DNA of 64,000 nt from Stegostoma tigrinum (lineage: Eukaryota): contig NC_081388.1 in the NCBI RefSeq assembly GCF_030684315.1, positions 22,427,015-22,491,014 of the forward strand, read 5' to 3'. This document shows, piece after piece, positions 39,219 through 51,689 of this stretch (position 1 is the first letter of the stretch; each line of letters begins with the position of its first letter). The position numbers and the translations under genes were made by a program. The notes beneath the pieces were generated by a model. The model was not told the DNA's origin. It worked only from the letters and a program-made list of their open reading frames with translations, and searched no databases.

Positions 39219-40661
39219 TAGCAACCATCCATTCAAACTTACTCTGAGCCACAACTGCTGGGATTCCAAACACCAAACGGGGGCCGCAGATTGAATGGCA
39301 AAGGTGGGACAGATTTCAAGGAGAGAGGAGAGAGATTTAAAACAGTCCCGAGGGGCAACATTTTCCACACACAGAGGGTGGTTCGTGAGGGAGTGGAGGT
39401 GGTTTACAACATCTAAAAAGACAGCTGGATGGATAGATGAATAGGTGGGTGTTTAAGAGGGATATGGGCCAAGCACAAGCAAATGGGAGGTCGTCAGATT
39501 GGGATGTCTGCTTGGTGCAGACGAGTTGGATTGAAGGGTTTGTTCCTGTGCTGTATGGCTATGATTCTGTAGCTGAAGGAGGGTGAAGGGGAGGGAAAAA
39601 CACAAAAATTGTATAGCAACGGGTTGGGGGCCCTCACCTCATGTATGGTTCTGATGCAGGCTCATTGATACAGATTGGTCAATAACGCTCTTATGAGGTT
39701 ATGTGCTCCCAGGGCCACTGCAGCCTAAGGCTGGTCTGAATCCATCGAGAATTCCCATTTCCCAAGGGATACAAGAACAAAGAGACATGATAGATACAAG
39801 CAAGGAAAGTGGCCGCTGTAACAGCCAGGGAGACACAGACACACCTCCTGTCATCTCTGGCCAGTGAAGGTCATCTCCCTTACCCCAAACCCCACCTCCC
39901 ACATCCTGCCACTTTCCTCTCTCGGCTCCTATTTCACACACAGTCTGAAAGGCACAGGTCCAGTTCCCCAATGGGGATGGTGAACCCCAACACTGCTACA
40001 CTGAATCTTAATCCAGTTTCATCAAACCTGGATTTAGCACAGCGATCACAAAGACTGCTGGGAAATGATGAGCATCCGATACAGAGAACCCAGTGGAACC
40101 ACATCCAGTAACAGGGAGACGGGTAGAACCAGGGCCAACTTAAACTCTAAGCCCCCCTCCCAGCCTTACTCAGACACCATCCCGCAGCCATTCAAGGGGC
40201 AGGTTTATTTCAAAGGTAAAGTTCAAACAAATGTCTGAAGATCAGATGAAAGATTGAAATGTGTTGCAAAAGAAGGCAGGAGTTAAAAGAAGGGGCAGGA
40301 CTGTCCTGTGGGGCTGGGAGCATTCTCTGACCTTTCGATAATTGCCACTCATCTCAGATAAAAGCAAGTTCCTGCCAGCAGCGAATAGACTCATTTTCTG
40401 TGATAATAGTGTCTTGCAGTGATGGTCTTTTAAAAAAAAGAGGTCAATACAACAAAGCCGTGCCCACAGCTTTAATAACATAGCAACCACTGACAATAAA
40501 CACATGAACTGGAGCACAGTTTATCGAGAAAAAGTCTCCCTCCCATTTAAGGCAAAGCCATCGAGCTGTACAGCACAGGAATAGACCCTTCAGTCCAACC
40601 AGATAGCCTAAATAAATCGAGTTCCATTTGCCAGCATTTGGCCCACATCCCTCTAAACCCT

Positions 40662-40747
40662 GATAATAAAATGTGAGGCTGGATGAACACAGCAGGCCAA
40701 GCAGCATCTCAGGAGCACAAAAGCTGACGTTTCGGGCCTAGACCCTG
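40662..40747 (-). mobile_element. 86-bp Penelope pLTR fragment inserted into a CR1 tail, with an 8-bp TSD
   Basis: TAAACCCT at 40654-40661 and 40748-40755. The uninterrupted host sequence is visible at 6935-6960. Confidence 0.85.
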
Positions 40748-41782
40748 TAAACCCTTCCTATTCATGCACCCATCCAGACAGCTTTTAAATGTTGTAATTG
40801 TACCAGCCTCCACCACTTCCTCTGGCAGCTCATTCCACCACCCTCAGATAGAGACTGCCACAAACAGATTGGCTATGATCTTCTTGATCCTTATCTTCTC
40901 TGATTGAGTGTGACCACTCAAGCTCAAGCACAGGTCACACAATGGTGAAATAGAGCCCACATCAGCACTGGTTAGTCCAGGACAGGGTGTCAGCTTGGCC
41001 TGGGTCAGATTAGCTGAGCCTACAGCAGTACCCACTCTGGTCCTGAGCTATGAGAGCCCAGTGAAGGACAAAAGGAATGCAGCACTGTCAGAAGGGCTGC
41101 ATTTCCATTGAAAGGCTGCTTCATGTTGAGCTGGAAGTGAAAGATCAGGGACTAGGAACACCAGGTTCTAGTTAATATCCTTCTGTCGGTCACCAAACAC
41201 TGAATAACTATTGATCCCTACCATTGACACTCCTGGGATCATGCTCTGCGTGAAATGACGGCATCCACCCGTAAGACTGTAGGAGCAGCAGTAGGCCATT
41301 CAGCCCATTGTATGCACTGCTATTCAATGGCTGATCTGATAATCATCAGGTAGACATTCCTGTCTCTTTCTTTGATTGCTTTACTCATTAAAAATCTCAC
41401 TATCTCAACCTCGACAGCCTCCTGCAGTAAAGAATTCCAGACTCACTCCCCTCGGAGAAGAAGAAATTCCTCCACATCTATCTCGGATGGGAAACTCCCA
41501 GGTTGTGCTCTGCCCCACAAGGGCAAACAACTGCAAACCGTCACTAACTCCATTTCTAACCCAGTAAATCTTGTTTACAGAGGGAGGTTTATTTTCACGT
41601 TTTGTCAAATCAAAGGCCTGGCATCAGCTTGCTCCCTCTGATGGGTGTACTGGGGTCAGGGACAGAAATGGTTTTATTCTCAGCAGCAATATCCTGGGAC
41701 TGAGCATCAGAATAACAAACGCACAGGGCCGGCTGGGAGGGAAGGGGCCCATGGGGTTACCGTGTGATTTTTTTTTGACCAG

Positions 41783-41976
41783 GTCCCTGGAAAGATTGTC
41801 TCCAGGCTTTGGAAGATGGTCATCAATCCAATGGGATCTACTTAATCAAACCAACCACTATTAGCCGGCTGATGCAGGTCTGGTGTGAACATGAGGAAGG
41901 TCCAGGTGGCTGGACTGTCATCCAGAGACGACAAGATGGCTCGGTCAATTTCTTCAGGAGCTGGGAGAGTTACAAG
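41783..41976 (+). CDS. ANGPTL6: ANGPTL6-like coding exon 3: fibrinogen domain start (GPWKDCLQALEDG...GGWTVIQRRQDGSVNFFRSWESYK)
   Basis: 194 bp, tttttttgaccAG / GTGAGT, phase 1 to 0. Not in the ORF track; translated by hand. Confidence 0.95.
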
Positions 41977-42198
41977 GTGAGTATGTGAAGTCAGTGCATC
42001 AGCTGGCTAACACTCCACCCTCAAGTTCACTTTTGGTCCATCTGTCTCCACTCCCCTCACCTATTCCCATATCAGCCCAGGGCCTAGTGTACAGGGGGCA
42101 CCGTCAACTTACTGGGCACTATATACCCAACCTCTCTCCCAGGCCCTGTTCACACCATAGGAGATACTGGAGAAACTCAGCAGGTATGGGGGTGGGGA

Positions 42199-42293
42199 GG
42201 AGAGACAGAGAGAGAGAGACAGAGAGAGAGAGACAGAGAGAGAGAGACAGAGAGAGAGAGACAGAGAGAGAGAGACAGAGAGAGAGAGACAGA
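42199..42293 (+). repeat. (GAGAGACA)n microsatellite
   Basis: Visible directly in the sequence. Confidence 0.9.
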
Positions 42294-42501
42294 AAAAAGG
42301 TTAATATTTCAAGCCCAGAATGACCTTCTTTGGAACCAAGTTATTGGATTCACAATATTAACTGTTTCTCACTGCACCGATGCTGCCAGATCTGCTGAGT
42401 TTCTCCAATACTTGTTTCGGTTTCAATGTACTTGCTTTTCAATGACTATTCGCTGACACACAGACACACAGAGTAAATGTTGCCTGGATTCTTATCTGCA
42501 G

Positions 42502-42772
42502 CAAGGTTTTGGGAACATTGATGGTGAATACTGGCTGGGTTTGGAGAACATCTACTGGCTGACCAATCAGGATAACTACAAGCTGCGAATCCTAATGGAT
42601 GATTGGCAAGGCAGGAGAGTGTTTGCAGAGTACGACGATTTCCGTGTGGAAGCAGAGGGAGACTTCTACAGGTTGCGGTTAGGCCATTACCACGGGAATG
42701 CCGGAGATTCCTTCTCCTGGCACAACGGCAAGCAGTTCACCACCCTGGACAGGGATCGGGATCTGTACTCAG
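42502..42772 (+). CDS. ANGPTL6: ANGPTL6-like coding exon 4: fibrinogen domain (QGFGNIDGEYWLGLENIY...FTTLDRDRDLYS)
   Basis: 271 bp, ctgcAG / GTAGGA, phase 0 to 1. Confidence 0.95.
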
Positions 42773-42861
42773 GTAGGACTGTTTCCTCGGCGTTACCCTG
42801 CAATGGTCAATCGGGTTAATGAAGGGTTTTCCTCATTACTGTCAGTGTGTTTCCTTCCAAG

Positions 42862-43058
42862 GTAACTGTGCCCACTACCAGAAAGGAGGCTGGTGGTATT
42901 ACACCTGCGCCCACTCAAATCTGAATGGAGTGTGGTATAAAGGAGGTCACTACCGCAGCAAGTACCAGGATGGTGTTTACTGGGCAGAATTCCGCGGTGG
43001 GGCCTACTCTTTGAAGAGAGTGGTGATGATGATATGTCCAAACCAGATACTGCTGTAA
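42862..43058 (+). CDS. ANGPTL6: ANGPTL6-like coding exon 5 (GNCAHYQKGGWWY...EFRGGAYSLKRVVMMICPNQILL*)
   Basis: 197 bp after an 89-bp intron; TAA stop at 43056-43058. Confidence 0.95.
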
Positions 43059-44059
43059 TCTATACTCTCTGCTTTACAACCAGAACTCGTGTCACATTTC
43101 CCACATGTTAGCATCAGCCATCTTTTAATCACAATTTCACATATCGTGTTACACAATCACTATTGTATAAGCAAAGTTTCAGACAACAGAACTACCTACT
43201 TAGAGTATAATATGGCTTGATGGGCTTAAAGCAGACCCAAAGCTGTTTCTTCTGTTCTGTAGTTCAGACTGAATGGTCCTGAGGACAATAATGATGTTGG
43301 TTAAGGGACAGAGCTCATAATATTCACCAGATCCCATTCCAGCCTCTCGTGTCGCCTCCCCCCTCCCCTCCCTCCCTCCTGCAGGGATCCTCGTAGAAGT
43401 TACTCTAGACAAGAAACAAACCAAACTATTCTAATATCACTCAATTTAATACAACAGTTCAGTGCATCCCAGGTGTTTAAAAAATAGCTGCTGTGTCTTT
43501 TCAGTGAATTGTAGAAATTAAAATTTCATGAAAAGCAGCAGCTATCTTAGAAATGTCAGGATAATGAGAAACTAAAATGCCTTATTTCCTGGTTCACAGA
43601 GACAGACAGAACTATGCACACACTGTCAGGGTGCAAGAAGCAAATTGGATGGTCTTCATGCAGGTTAAAGTGAACACAGCTGCCAAAGCAGAGGACTGCT
43701 CCCCAGTCCCACACTGACTGGGGTCACTGAGGTGTGAGGTGAGAGTGGTACATGGAGGGGCACCCTCTGTGGGTTGGCAGGGGGTGAGGGGTTTATATGA
43801 TTGGTGGTTTTACCCTGTAGACAGATTTGCTACACCTCCCTCCATGTGTCTGATGTGGAGACTGGGTGTGCAATGACAGAACGGGTCTTGTTCTCTGGGC
43901 CAGCATCCCACGCCTCAAACACCAAAAGACAAGTCCCCAGGACAGATGAACAGAACATTACGGTAAACATCTACAACCAACACATGGGGCTGATTTCAAA
44001 CCCATAACCTCTGTGGGATGTCAGTGGGGACAATTATCTGAAATTAAATATTGGCATCA

Positions 44060-44425
44060 CATCCACAAGCATCCACTACCGATGCTCAGTGCACACTGCG
44101 GTTACTATCTACATGGTGCACAGTAGAAATTCACCAAAGATCCTCAGGCAGCACCTTCCAAACCCATACCTGCTTCCATCTAGAAGGACCAGGGGCAGCA
44201 GACACACAGGAACACCACCCCCTGCAAGTTCCCCTCCGAGGCACTCACCATCCTGACTTGGAAATATATCACCGTTCCTTGTGTTGCTGGGTCAAAATTG
44301 TGGAATCCCTCCCTAACAGCATTGTGGGTCATCCCACAGCACACGGACTGCCTTTTCAAGGGGCAACTAGGGACAGGCAATACGTGCTGGCTCAGCCAGT
44401 GATGCCCACGTCCCCCAGAGTGAAT
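44060..44425 (+). mobile_element. CR1-type LINE 3' fragment, same family as 1340-2440 (also 54185-54470 and 57590-57855)
   Basis: Shared CAGCACCTTCCAAAC..CTTCCATCTAGAAGGAC..GCAGCAGACAC; ORF 57648 contains GVPQGSVLSP. Confidence 0.75.
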
Positions 44426-47200
44426 TAGAAAAAATTAGCAACACAGGAATAGTGGGAAGCCATTCAGGCCTGCGACCTGTTCTTGTGTCCAATGAGATTG
44501 TAGCTGATGGATAACCCAAATTCCACACGCCCCTCAAGGCCCTCCCCAAAGCAACCTTCATCAGTCTGAGTTTTGACTTGAGACTACAGCCTCAGCAGCT
44601 TTCTGTGAAGGACAGCTCGAGATTTATACTGCCTGTGTGTCAGGCAGTGCTTCCTGTCATCACCAGTTAATTATGCAGGCTTGAATTTTAAAATTCTGTC
44701 CCCTGTCCTGCTCCAGCCCACCCCCACCCCCACCACAACACAGCCTCAGGAGGAGGTCATTTCTATCCTGACCCGATCAGATCTTTGAATGCTATTAAAC
44801 ACTTTAACTACACCACCTCTTCATCTTCTATGCTCAGGAGATACATGTCCAAGTCCATATCATTTATCTTCAATTTTAACTTTTTTTTAAAATATCTCCA
44901 GTATGACTTCAGTCAGTTAACCATTAGTGTCTGTATTCAGAATCCTGGTACTTACAATCCACAATCTAGGGCTTCACAGGGTATATACAACACATACAGG
45001 CCATTCAGCCCAACCACTGAAGGCTGGCACTGATGATCTCCTCAACCCTGCTCCAAATCTCAGTGTAACTCTCTACCCGCCTCTCCCTCAAACATTCCTT
45101 TAGTTCCATTAAATAAATCAGTGTTATTCACTCCAATCTCTCCCTATGGGAGTAGGTTCCACATTCTCACCTCTGTCCAAGTGGACTTCTTGGCGAATAT
45201 CATACCGACTTCCTCCAATTCTGTTCTTTCCCACAAGAGGAATATTTTATGTTTTAAAACCTTTAATGATTTTTAAGGACCTTCATTAGGTCACCTTCTG
45301 TTTTCAAGGAGAGAATTGGCCGCTGTCAATCGTTTCCTGATGTACTCACTCATGTTTCTGGTTTCATGCTTAGAAACATCCAGGGCACCCTCTCCAGTGC
45401 CTCTACGTACACTTTATAAAAATGACAACCAGAACTGCACATGGTACTCTCTGCACTCCCTGCATTCCTCCACTTCACACTTTTCCCACTGTACACTCCT
45501 CAGCCTGACCTGGCTCAAACAGACAGCAACGCTGGCTCTTGTACCTCCTGAACAGGCCAGCAGGAGGCGATCACAATTCAGCTTGCAGTGGTTCATCATT
45601 TCCAACCCGTCCCTCTTCTCATGAGTAATGAAATTCACCGAGACCATCATTCTGTGTGGGAACCCATCAGAACAATCAAATTCCCTAGGTTAGATCATTT
45701 TCTTTAAACTAAACATGGCCCTGCTATTTCCTAGAAAACTGACCCTGAACTAGATGCATTCTCATCGTAGATATGAATCCATTAACTCTATGTTTTTGCT
45801 TACACTTCTGAGCGCTAGAAAAACCACTGTAAATATCAGAATAAATAAACCACTTTCTGCTGTAATATACTATAGTTCCATTGTGGATCAGTGAGATATT
45901 GGATAGTCTTAGTGTATGTGTTGACCACAGCGTCCAAATCAACACAGAGTCCATTTTGGGTAAAATCAGAACTACATGGAGAGAGAAACAGCTTCCAGTC
46001 ACTGCTCACTGTCACACCCAATTGCTCATCATTGGAAAGAGCGGGTTGGATTTTCATTCAATCTCAGGATAGCGGGAATTAAAGAGCAGAAAAAAGCGCT
46101 GGGTTTTGGGAGGAGATGTGCAAATAAATATAAAAGATGCAGGAGCAGACTGAGACAGTCACCACTTTATATGCACCGTCCACCGTCCACCGTCAGCCAA
46201 ATCCCTATCATCAGTTCTCTCTGCGCTTGTGAATTACGTGATGCCTCTCTGTCGATTGGCATGAATCCTCCTTCAAAGACAATGTGGAGTTTTAAACTTT
46301 TATTGATGTCCCTCGCACCATTCTGTATCAGAATCTGGAAGATGCCATGCTGCTGATTGCAGCCAGGGTGAAGGGGTGGTCAATGTTGTCCATGAACTGG
46401 AAGACCCTCACAGCAGGAAATGTGACTGCTCCACCTTATTCCCATCATTTCTCCACAGATCTTAAACTAAACCGTATGGCCAACATTACAATGTGGAAAT
46501 AATAAACTAACTAATTGTGGATGAGAAGATTGTTAGTTATTAGGAACCTCCCACTAAGAGTTTCAAAGCTGGTCATTTCTTTGACTCATTGAAGACTTTC
46601 ACACATCAGTAAAATTGATGTAACGAAGTTTAGATAAAATACCATCTCCAAATTAAAACTGTTCACCAGTGTTCTGTCCCTCTGTTTTAACTCCAAGGTT
46701 TCTGACGCATAACACGCTCATAACAATTGCAGTTTCCCTCAGACAACTCTCCTGTGTGCAACATTAGAGATGGATCACTGCAGTTGTGTATCACTGAGGC
46801 AGAGAGGGTCAACTTGAAAAATCAGACACCCTTCGCTTCTAAAGAAATCTCAGCGATGTTGTTTCATAGGTGGATCACCTGCACATCCTCCTGCCTCAAA
46901 ACAGAAGTTTTTTTAAAAAAAAAGTTTCTAACACACCAAGCACAATCCCAACAAAGCAGGATTCGCACCACTGCTATTTCAGAGCTGATTTCACTATTTC
47001 CTAGTGACCCCAGAGTTCATGTTAGAATCCTGCAGCAAAAGGTAAAAAACAATGCATGGGCATCAGATCAAAGTGGGGTGAGACCCCTCATTCCCTGGGG
47101 TCAAAAGATGGGATTGTAGGCAACAATACTGAAACGTGTGATGATAGCAGTTGCTGAGCACCCAGCCTCCCTGCAAAAGATAGGAGGAGATTCAACTCAC

Positions 47201-47327
47201 CTAAATATGGAACACACGGAGTTTCCTTCAAACAGTTGATGTAATCTCGGAGCTCTTTATAGTTGTTGTCGCTGGACATCAGAGTCTGCAGCTTTTCAAA
47301 CACAGCCTTATCTTTCCTGCTCAACAG
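47201..47327 (-). CDS. RALGPS-like exon, CDC25 domain ([42 protein letters not shown])
   Basis: 127 bp, TAG / GTGAGT, phase 0 to 1. Contains the conserved P-x-[VI]-PYLG motif. Confidence 0.95.
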
Positions 47328-47432
47328 CTACAATTAAAAGAACAAAAATAAATTTAACGACCACATTCCTCTCATGTAAACAGATCTCTCTTGGATCATA
47401 GTGAACTGCAACAGCTGACAGTACTCAACTGG

Positions 47433-47543
47433 TCCCAACTGCCCCGTCTCAGTCCCAAACTGACCCCACAGCGCTGCTCCCAACTGCCCCATCTCAGTCC
47501 CAAACTGACCACACAGCGCCACTCCCAACTGCCCCGTCTCAGT
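47433..47543 (+). repeat. 45-bp tandem repeat, about 2.5 copies
   Basis: Unit CCCAACTGCCCCGTCTCAGTCCCAAACTGACCCCACAGCGCTGCT. Confidence 0.85.
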
Positions 47544-47906
47544 CTCACTCAGTTGGGTGGACAGTTGTTCTGCGATGGAGAACCTCACCAACAGATTTAC
47601 CATGAAGGCCGTACCTTCTCAACCTCACCCAAGATGTGGTGACCCTCAGGTTAAATTAACCACCAGTTCAGCAATAATACCATTAGGCCATATTGTAAAT
47701 ATTATTCACTGCTGCTCTTTCCCCATAGCCCTGTATCAATCCCAACTCTGCCTGCTTCCTGCCTGAGCACATCAAAAGGGAGAGAGGCTAAATATCTTGT
47801 GAAGTGATCTGTTCTGGTATCAGTTTTGTGGGAGGTACAGAGATTCACACTGTACTTGTATGGCTGAAATTGATGAAAATTAATACACACACACACACAC
47901 ACACAC

Positions 47907-48659
47907 ACAGAAATTCAGATGGAAAACAAAACAATCCACGAGCATTATGATTGGCAATCTCCTGCCTATTCCCTGTACTCTTCCACACTATTTCTACCTA
48001 AATAATTATCCAATGCTCTCTTCAAGGCCTCAGTTGAACTTATCTCTGCCACAGTTCCTAGCAGTGCATTCCACACTGTCTTGTGGTTCTTGGTCTTTTG
48101 ACAAGAGGGGACAGCTATTCCCAATCTAGTTTGTGCAACCTGCAAATGATTTGCAAAACCTCTAATCAGATCTCTATCAGTCACCGTCTCTCCAAGAATG
48201 GTCCTAACCTTTTCTAATCAACCCTCATCACTGAATAAACTCTAATAGAGTGTGTGGGCTGAATGAATTGACGTAATCAGACCCTTATTGCTGAAAACAA
48301 GATCATTGAGATAGGGCTATAAGGTAAACTTGAGTGTTTTACTTATTTGGATTTGTGTTTTGGTTTATTTTGTGCTTTAGCTTGGTGCTGGAAAGTGGGA
48401 ACACTGAACAACACTTTTCACTGGGTTTGTAATAAATAGGCATGCAAACGAATCAAATCAAGGTTACCCAGCCAACAAAACATTAACTGTGCTTTTCAAC
48501 AGAAAACTTATCTATGGCAGAGATAAGTTCAACTGAGGCCTTGAAGAGAGCATTGGATAATTATTTAGGTAGAAATAGTGTGGAAGAGTACAGGGAATAG
48601 GCAGGAGATTGCCAATCATAATGCTCGTGGATTGTTTTGTTTTCCATCTGAATTTCTGT
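47907..48659. repeat. Perfect 145-bp inverted repeat (47907-48051 / 48515-48659, 463-bp spacer)
   Basis: Base-by-base comparison with the reverse complement shows no mismatch. Confidence 0.92.
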
Positions 48660-48919
48660 TGCACAACCGACACAAATATTCAAATCTCACCATAATCCCA
48701 CTACTTGACCAATTCATCAAATTCCTGCACTGCCTGAATAGATCAGAACTTTCTGATTTAAAAAAAGCAAAATAGTGAAACTCAACATCTATTATCTGTG
48801 TAGAGAGAGCAAGAGCGAGAGCGAGAATATGCTGGAGTCTCCTCCAGCATCTTCCACCTGGTATAATGTTCAATACCACCAACAATTATAAAGTCACCCA
48901 GAAACAGGCATCGACCTAC

Positions 48920-49012
48920 CGCCCACGTTTTTGACAATCTGAACACTGGAGTGCTCTGTAATGCTGAAACGACTGCCATCAACCCATGAAGATTATGGAG
49001 ACCCTGAAGTTT
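48920..49012 (-). CDS. RALGPS-like exon, CDC25 domain ([31 protein letters not shown])
   Basis: 93 bp, tttcttttgcAG / GTAGGT, phase 0 to 0. Confidence 0.95.
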
Positions 49013-49258
49013 CTGCAAAAGAAAGAAACTAGTTTTTAAGAGGAATCCTTTCCCTGACCTCAATGAAATGGCAGGAGGAAAGACCTCATCTCATCATTTC
49101 TTGCCGAGTTCTTGTTACCAAAGGCTATCCAAGCTAAGCAGGTGCGATATGCACCACCTTCATGGCCTGTAGAAAACTCTCAGCAATCATATACTTGGGG
49201 GAACTGGGCAAACCTTCAGGGTGCTGCACAGATCTGCTCAAAATCCACAGAAACTCAC

Positions 49259-49348
49259 CTTGGCAATTTTGATAAAATGCCCAACAACTTCCACTCTTCG
49301 TTTCAGTGTCTGTTTGGTGAGAATCTCCTGGATGACCCAGAAACTGAC
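49259..49348 (-). CDS. RALGPS-like exon, CDC25 domain ([30 protein letters not shown])
   Basis: 90 bp, ttttttttccAG / GTGAGT, phase 0 to 0. Confidence 0.95.
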
Positions 49349-49980
49349 CTGGAAAAAAAAGCGAGAATCCTTCATTTCCCCATCACATTACCATGTCTCA
49401 GAGTGCTCTGGAGGCCAAGTCACTGGGTGTGTTTAATGCAGCGATAGATGGGTTGTTGATTACTCAGGGGGTCAAGGTTTAGGGCGAGAATAGGGTTGAG
49501 AAACACATCAGCACAACTGAATGGTGGAGAAGACATGATGGACTAAACTCTGCTCTATATCGTACGGTCTTACGGTCTCGGATACCAACAGATTTTAGCC
49601 AAGAATGTTATAAGTAATATTTCTTTACTTGAATTTATTGCATCAAAAAGTTTAAAAACTTTAGAACTCTCCATCTCCCATAGATCCCATTAACAAGCAG
49701 CTTATCACAAGTTTAAGATTTCATTTTTCATTCTCCTGCCAAATCGTTTTAGCAATTAAATATCTGCAGACTGTTTGAGGGGGACATTTAATTGAAATTC
49801 CTACAGCATGAGTGAGAAATAGACCTCAGGCATGAGGTGGGACAGTCAAATGGCACTGAGCATGGACAGATTACCAGGGCTACGGCTGCTCGACGATGCG
49901 GAAATTAAAAGGACCACATTAGTTTGAGCATTTCAGTCCGTCTGGTTAGTTACCAGATCGTGCCTGCTTCCACATTCTAC

Positions 49981-50064
49981 CTGGTTAAATCTCCGGGTAA
50001 AAGCACCCACATTGGGAGCCAAAGCGTGTTTTTGTTTCTTGTTCCAACGGCAATCAGACAATTC
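49981..50064 (-). CDS. RALGPS-like exon, CDC25 domain ([28 protein letters not shown])
   Basis: 84 bp, AG / GTAGAA, phase 0 to 0. Compare [28 protein letters not shown]. Confidence 0.95.
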
Positions 50065-51689
50065 CTGTTTGGTAAAGAAAACAAACACAGAAGATTTAAT
50101 TCCTCACCCAATGAAAACTGAATAAATTATCATTCCAGATCCCAATTTGAAATTCACCCTTCTAATCCAAATATTACTTCCCTGCTACAGGACACAGCTC
50201 TTCCTCTTTTTAAATCTGTGCTTTTGTTCAAGCTGCTTGCCAAAGTGCCCAGGGGTTTAAATCAGCCACTGCTTCATCGGGCCGACCCTACCAGTGCAAT
50301 ACTGAGGGCGCGCCACACTGCCCGGGGGTCAGCGCCGCACTGATAGGTTTTATGCCCTCTGTCATAAAAGTAAAAATCCCACAGCAGTTATTCAAAGAGG
50401 AGGAGGAGAGTTTTCTCTGGGAGTCTGGGAAAATATCTGTCTCAAAACCCATGACTTGATACTTATTTCATCACCATTAATGGGATCTTGCTGTGTGCAC
50501 ATAGGCTGCCAAGCCCCCTACATCACAGCAGCGACCACACTACACCAGTGCATCACTGGCTACATCAAAGTGCTCTGAACTTGTCAAATGTGGAGACTTT
50601 TCCAAATTTGATTACATGCTTGTGCGAAAGAAGTTGGCGTAAGCTCCCAAAGTTTGGAGGAGGATGCTGAGCAAGTCCAGTTTGGTGCTTGATTGCAAAC
50701 CCATTGTAAGCTCTGTCGACCCAGTAAAACGTGCACTCGATGGTACAACATACGTCTTATGATCAGCCTAGTGTACATTGAAACTCAATGTGGTTTGAAT
50801 GAACTAAAACCAAAGACAGACAGTGACCAATGATCTGAATCACTCTTCAACTAACCACCATCTCCAAATGATAATCTTCTGTAGATTACATGTGAGAGGC
50901 TATTTCTAATATTGAGAGTTTAAGAAGGCCTAAAATAAACTGCTGACCCATTCCAAGTTTGAGAAGGGGGGGTGCAGGGGAGGAGAGAGAGGAGCGTGAG
51001 CAGGCACACTGGAAACGAAATGTTTCATCAAATAAATTCCAAAATTGAACACAGATGTTTTTCCAGACTCTTGAATTTTAATTACACAACTTTGTTCTTT
51101 GGAAAACAACATGAGTTGGTCATAAAATGATTTTATTAAAAAGTTAAATCAAGATTATTTTAATTTGAAGAGAAAGAAAGAAAGACCAAGGGGTTGGGAG
51201 GAGGAAGGTGCTGAACAAAGTGAAATGGAGTAAACGTCTCAGCCAGAGGTTGGAGCTGTACCCCCCTCCAACCTTTGGAATGCAGTCTGTGTTTTAAGCC
51301 GATGGCACACAATTGAAGATCAGAATCCCTCACTTCCAGCAGCCAGGCTCCCAGCTGTAATGAAGTGGATCATCCCAAACAAACTGCCATCAAACCTCAA
51401 CTCACAACTCAAACAACTGGCACTGAGTCAACAAACAATATGCTGCATTCAAATAGCATCTTTCATAGGAAAGCATTCCAGTGCTTCACCACAGTTACCA
51501 GTGCCATTGAAGGAGATAGGACCCCCTCAGCCGTTTAAAGCTCAGTCAAACAGTTCTTTGACAAGACGAGGGGATGGATGGGGTACAAGACAACCCCAAA
51601 GCTGAGGTCTTCGCCAGCTACAGACATGATCCCCCCTGCCCCTCAATTGCGAAGAGAATTAAATGAAGGATGCACAAGATGCCAGGAAC

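Larger units (their letters stand above)
37392..43058 (+). other. ANGPTL6: Gene span: angiopoietin-related protein of the ANGPTL1/2/6 subfamily, best fit ANGPTL6, nested antisense in the RALGPS-like intron
   Basis: 5 coding exons (639+190+194+271+197 = 1491 nt, 496 aa) encoding signal peptide, coiled coil and fibrinogen-like domain. Subfamily assignment is firm. ANGPTL6 orthology is inferred from GGAYSL, PPLVxVxP, IIQKKD and the extra intron after the coiled coil. Confidence 0.85.
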
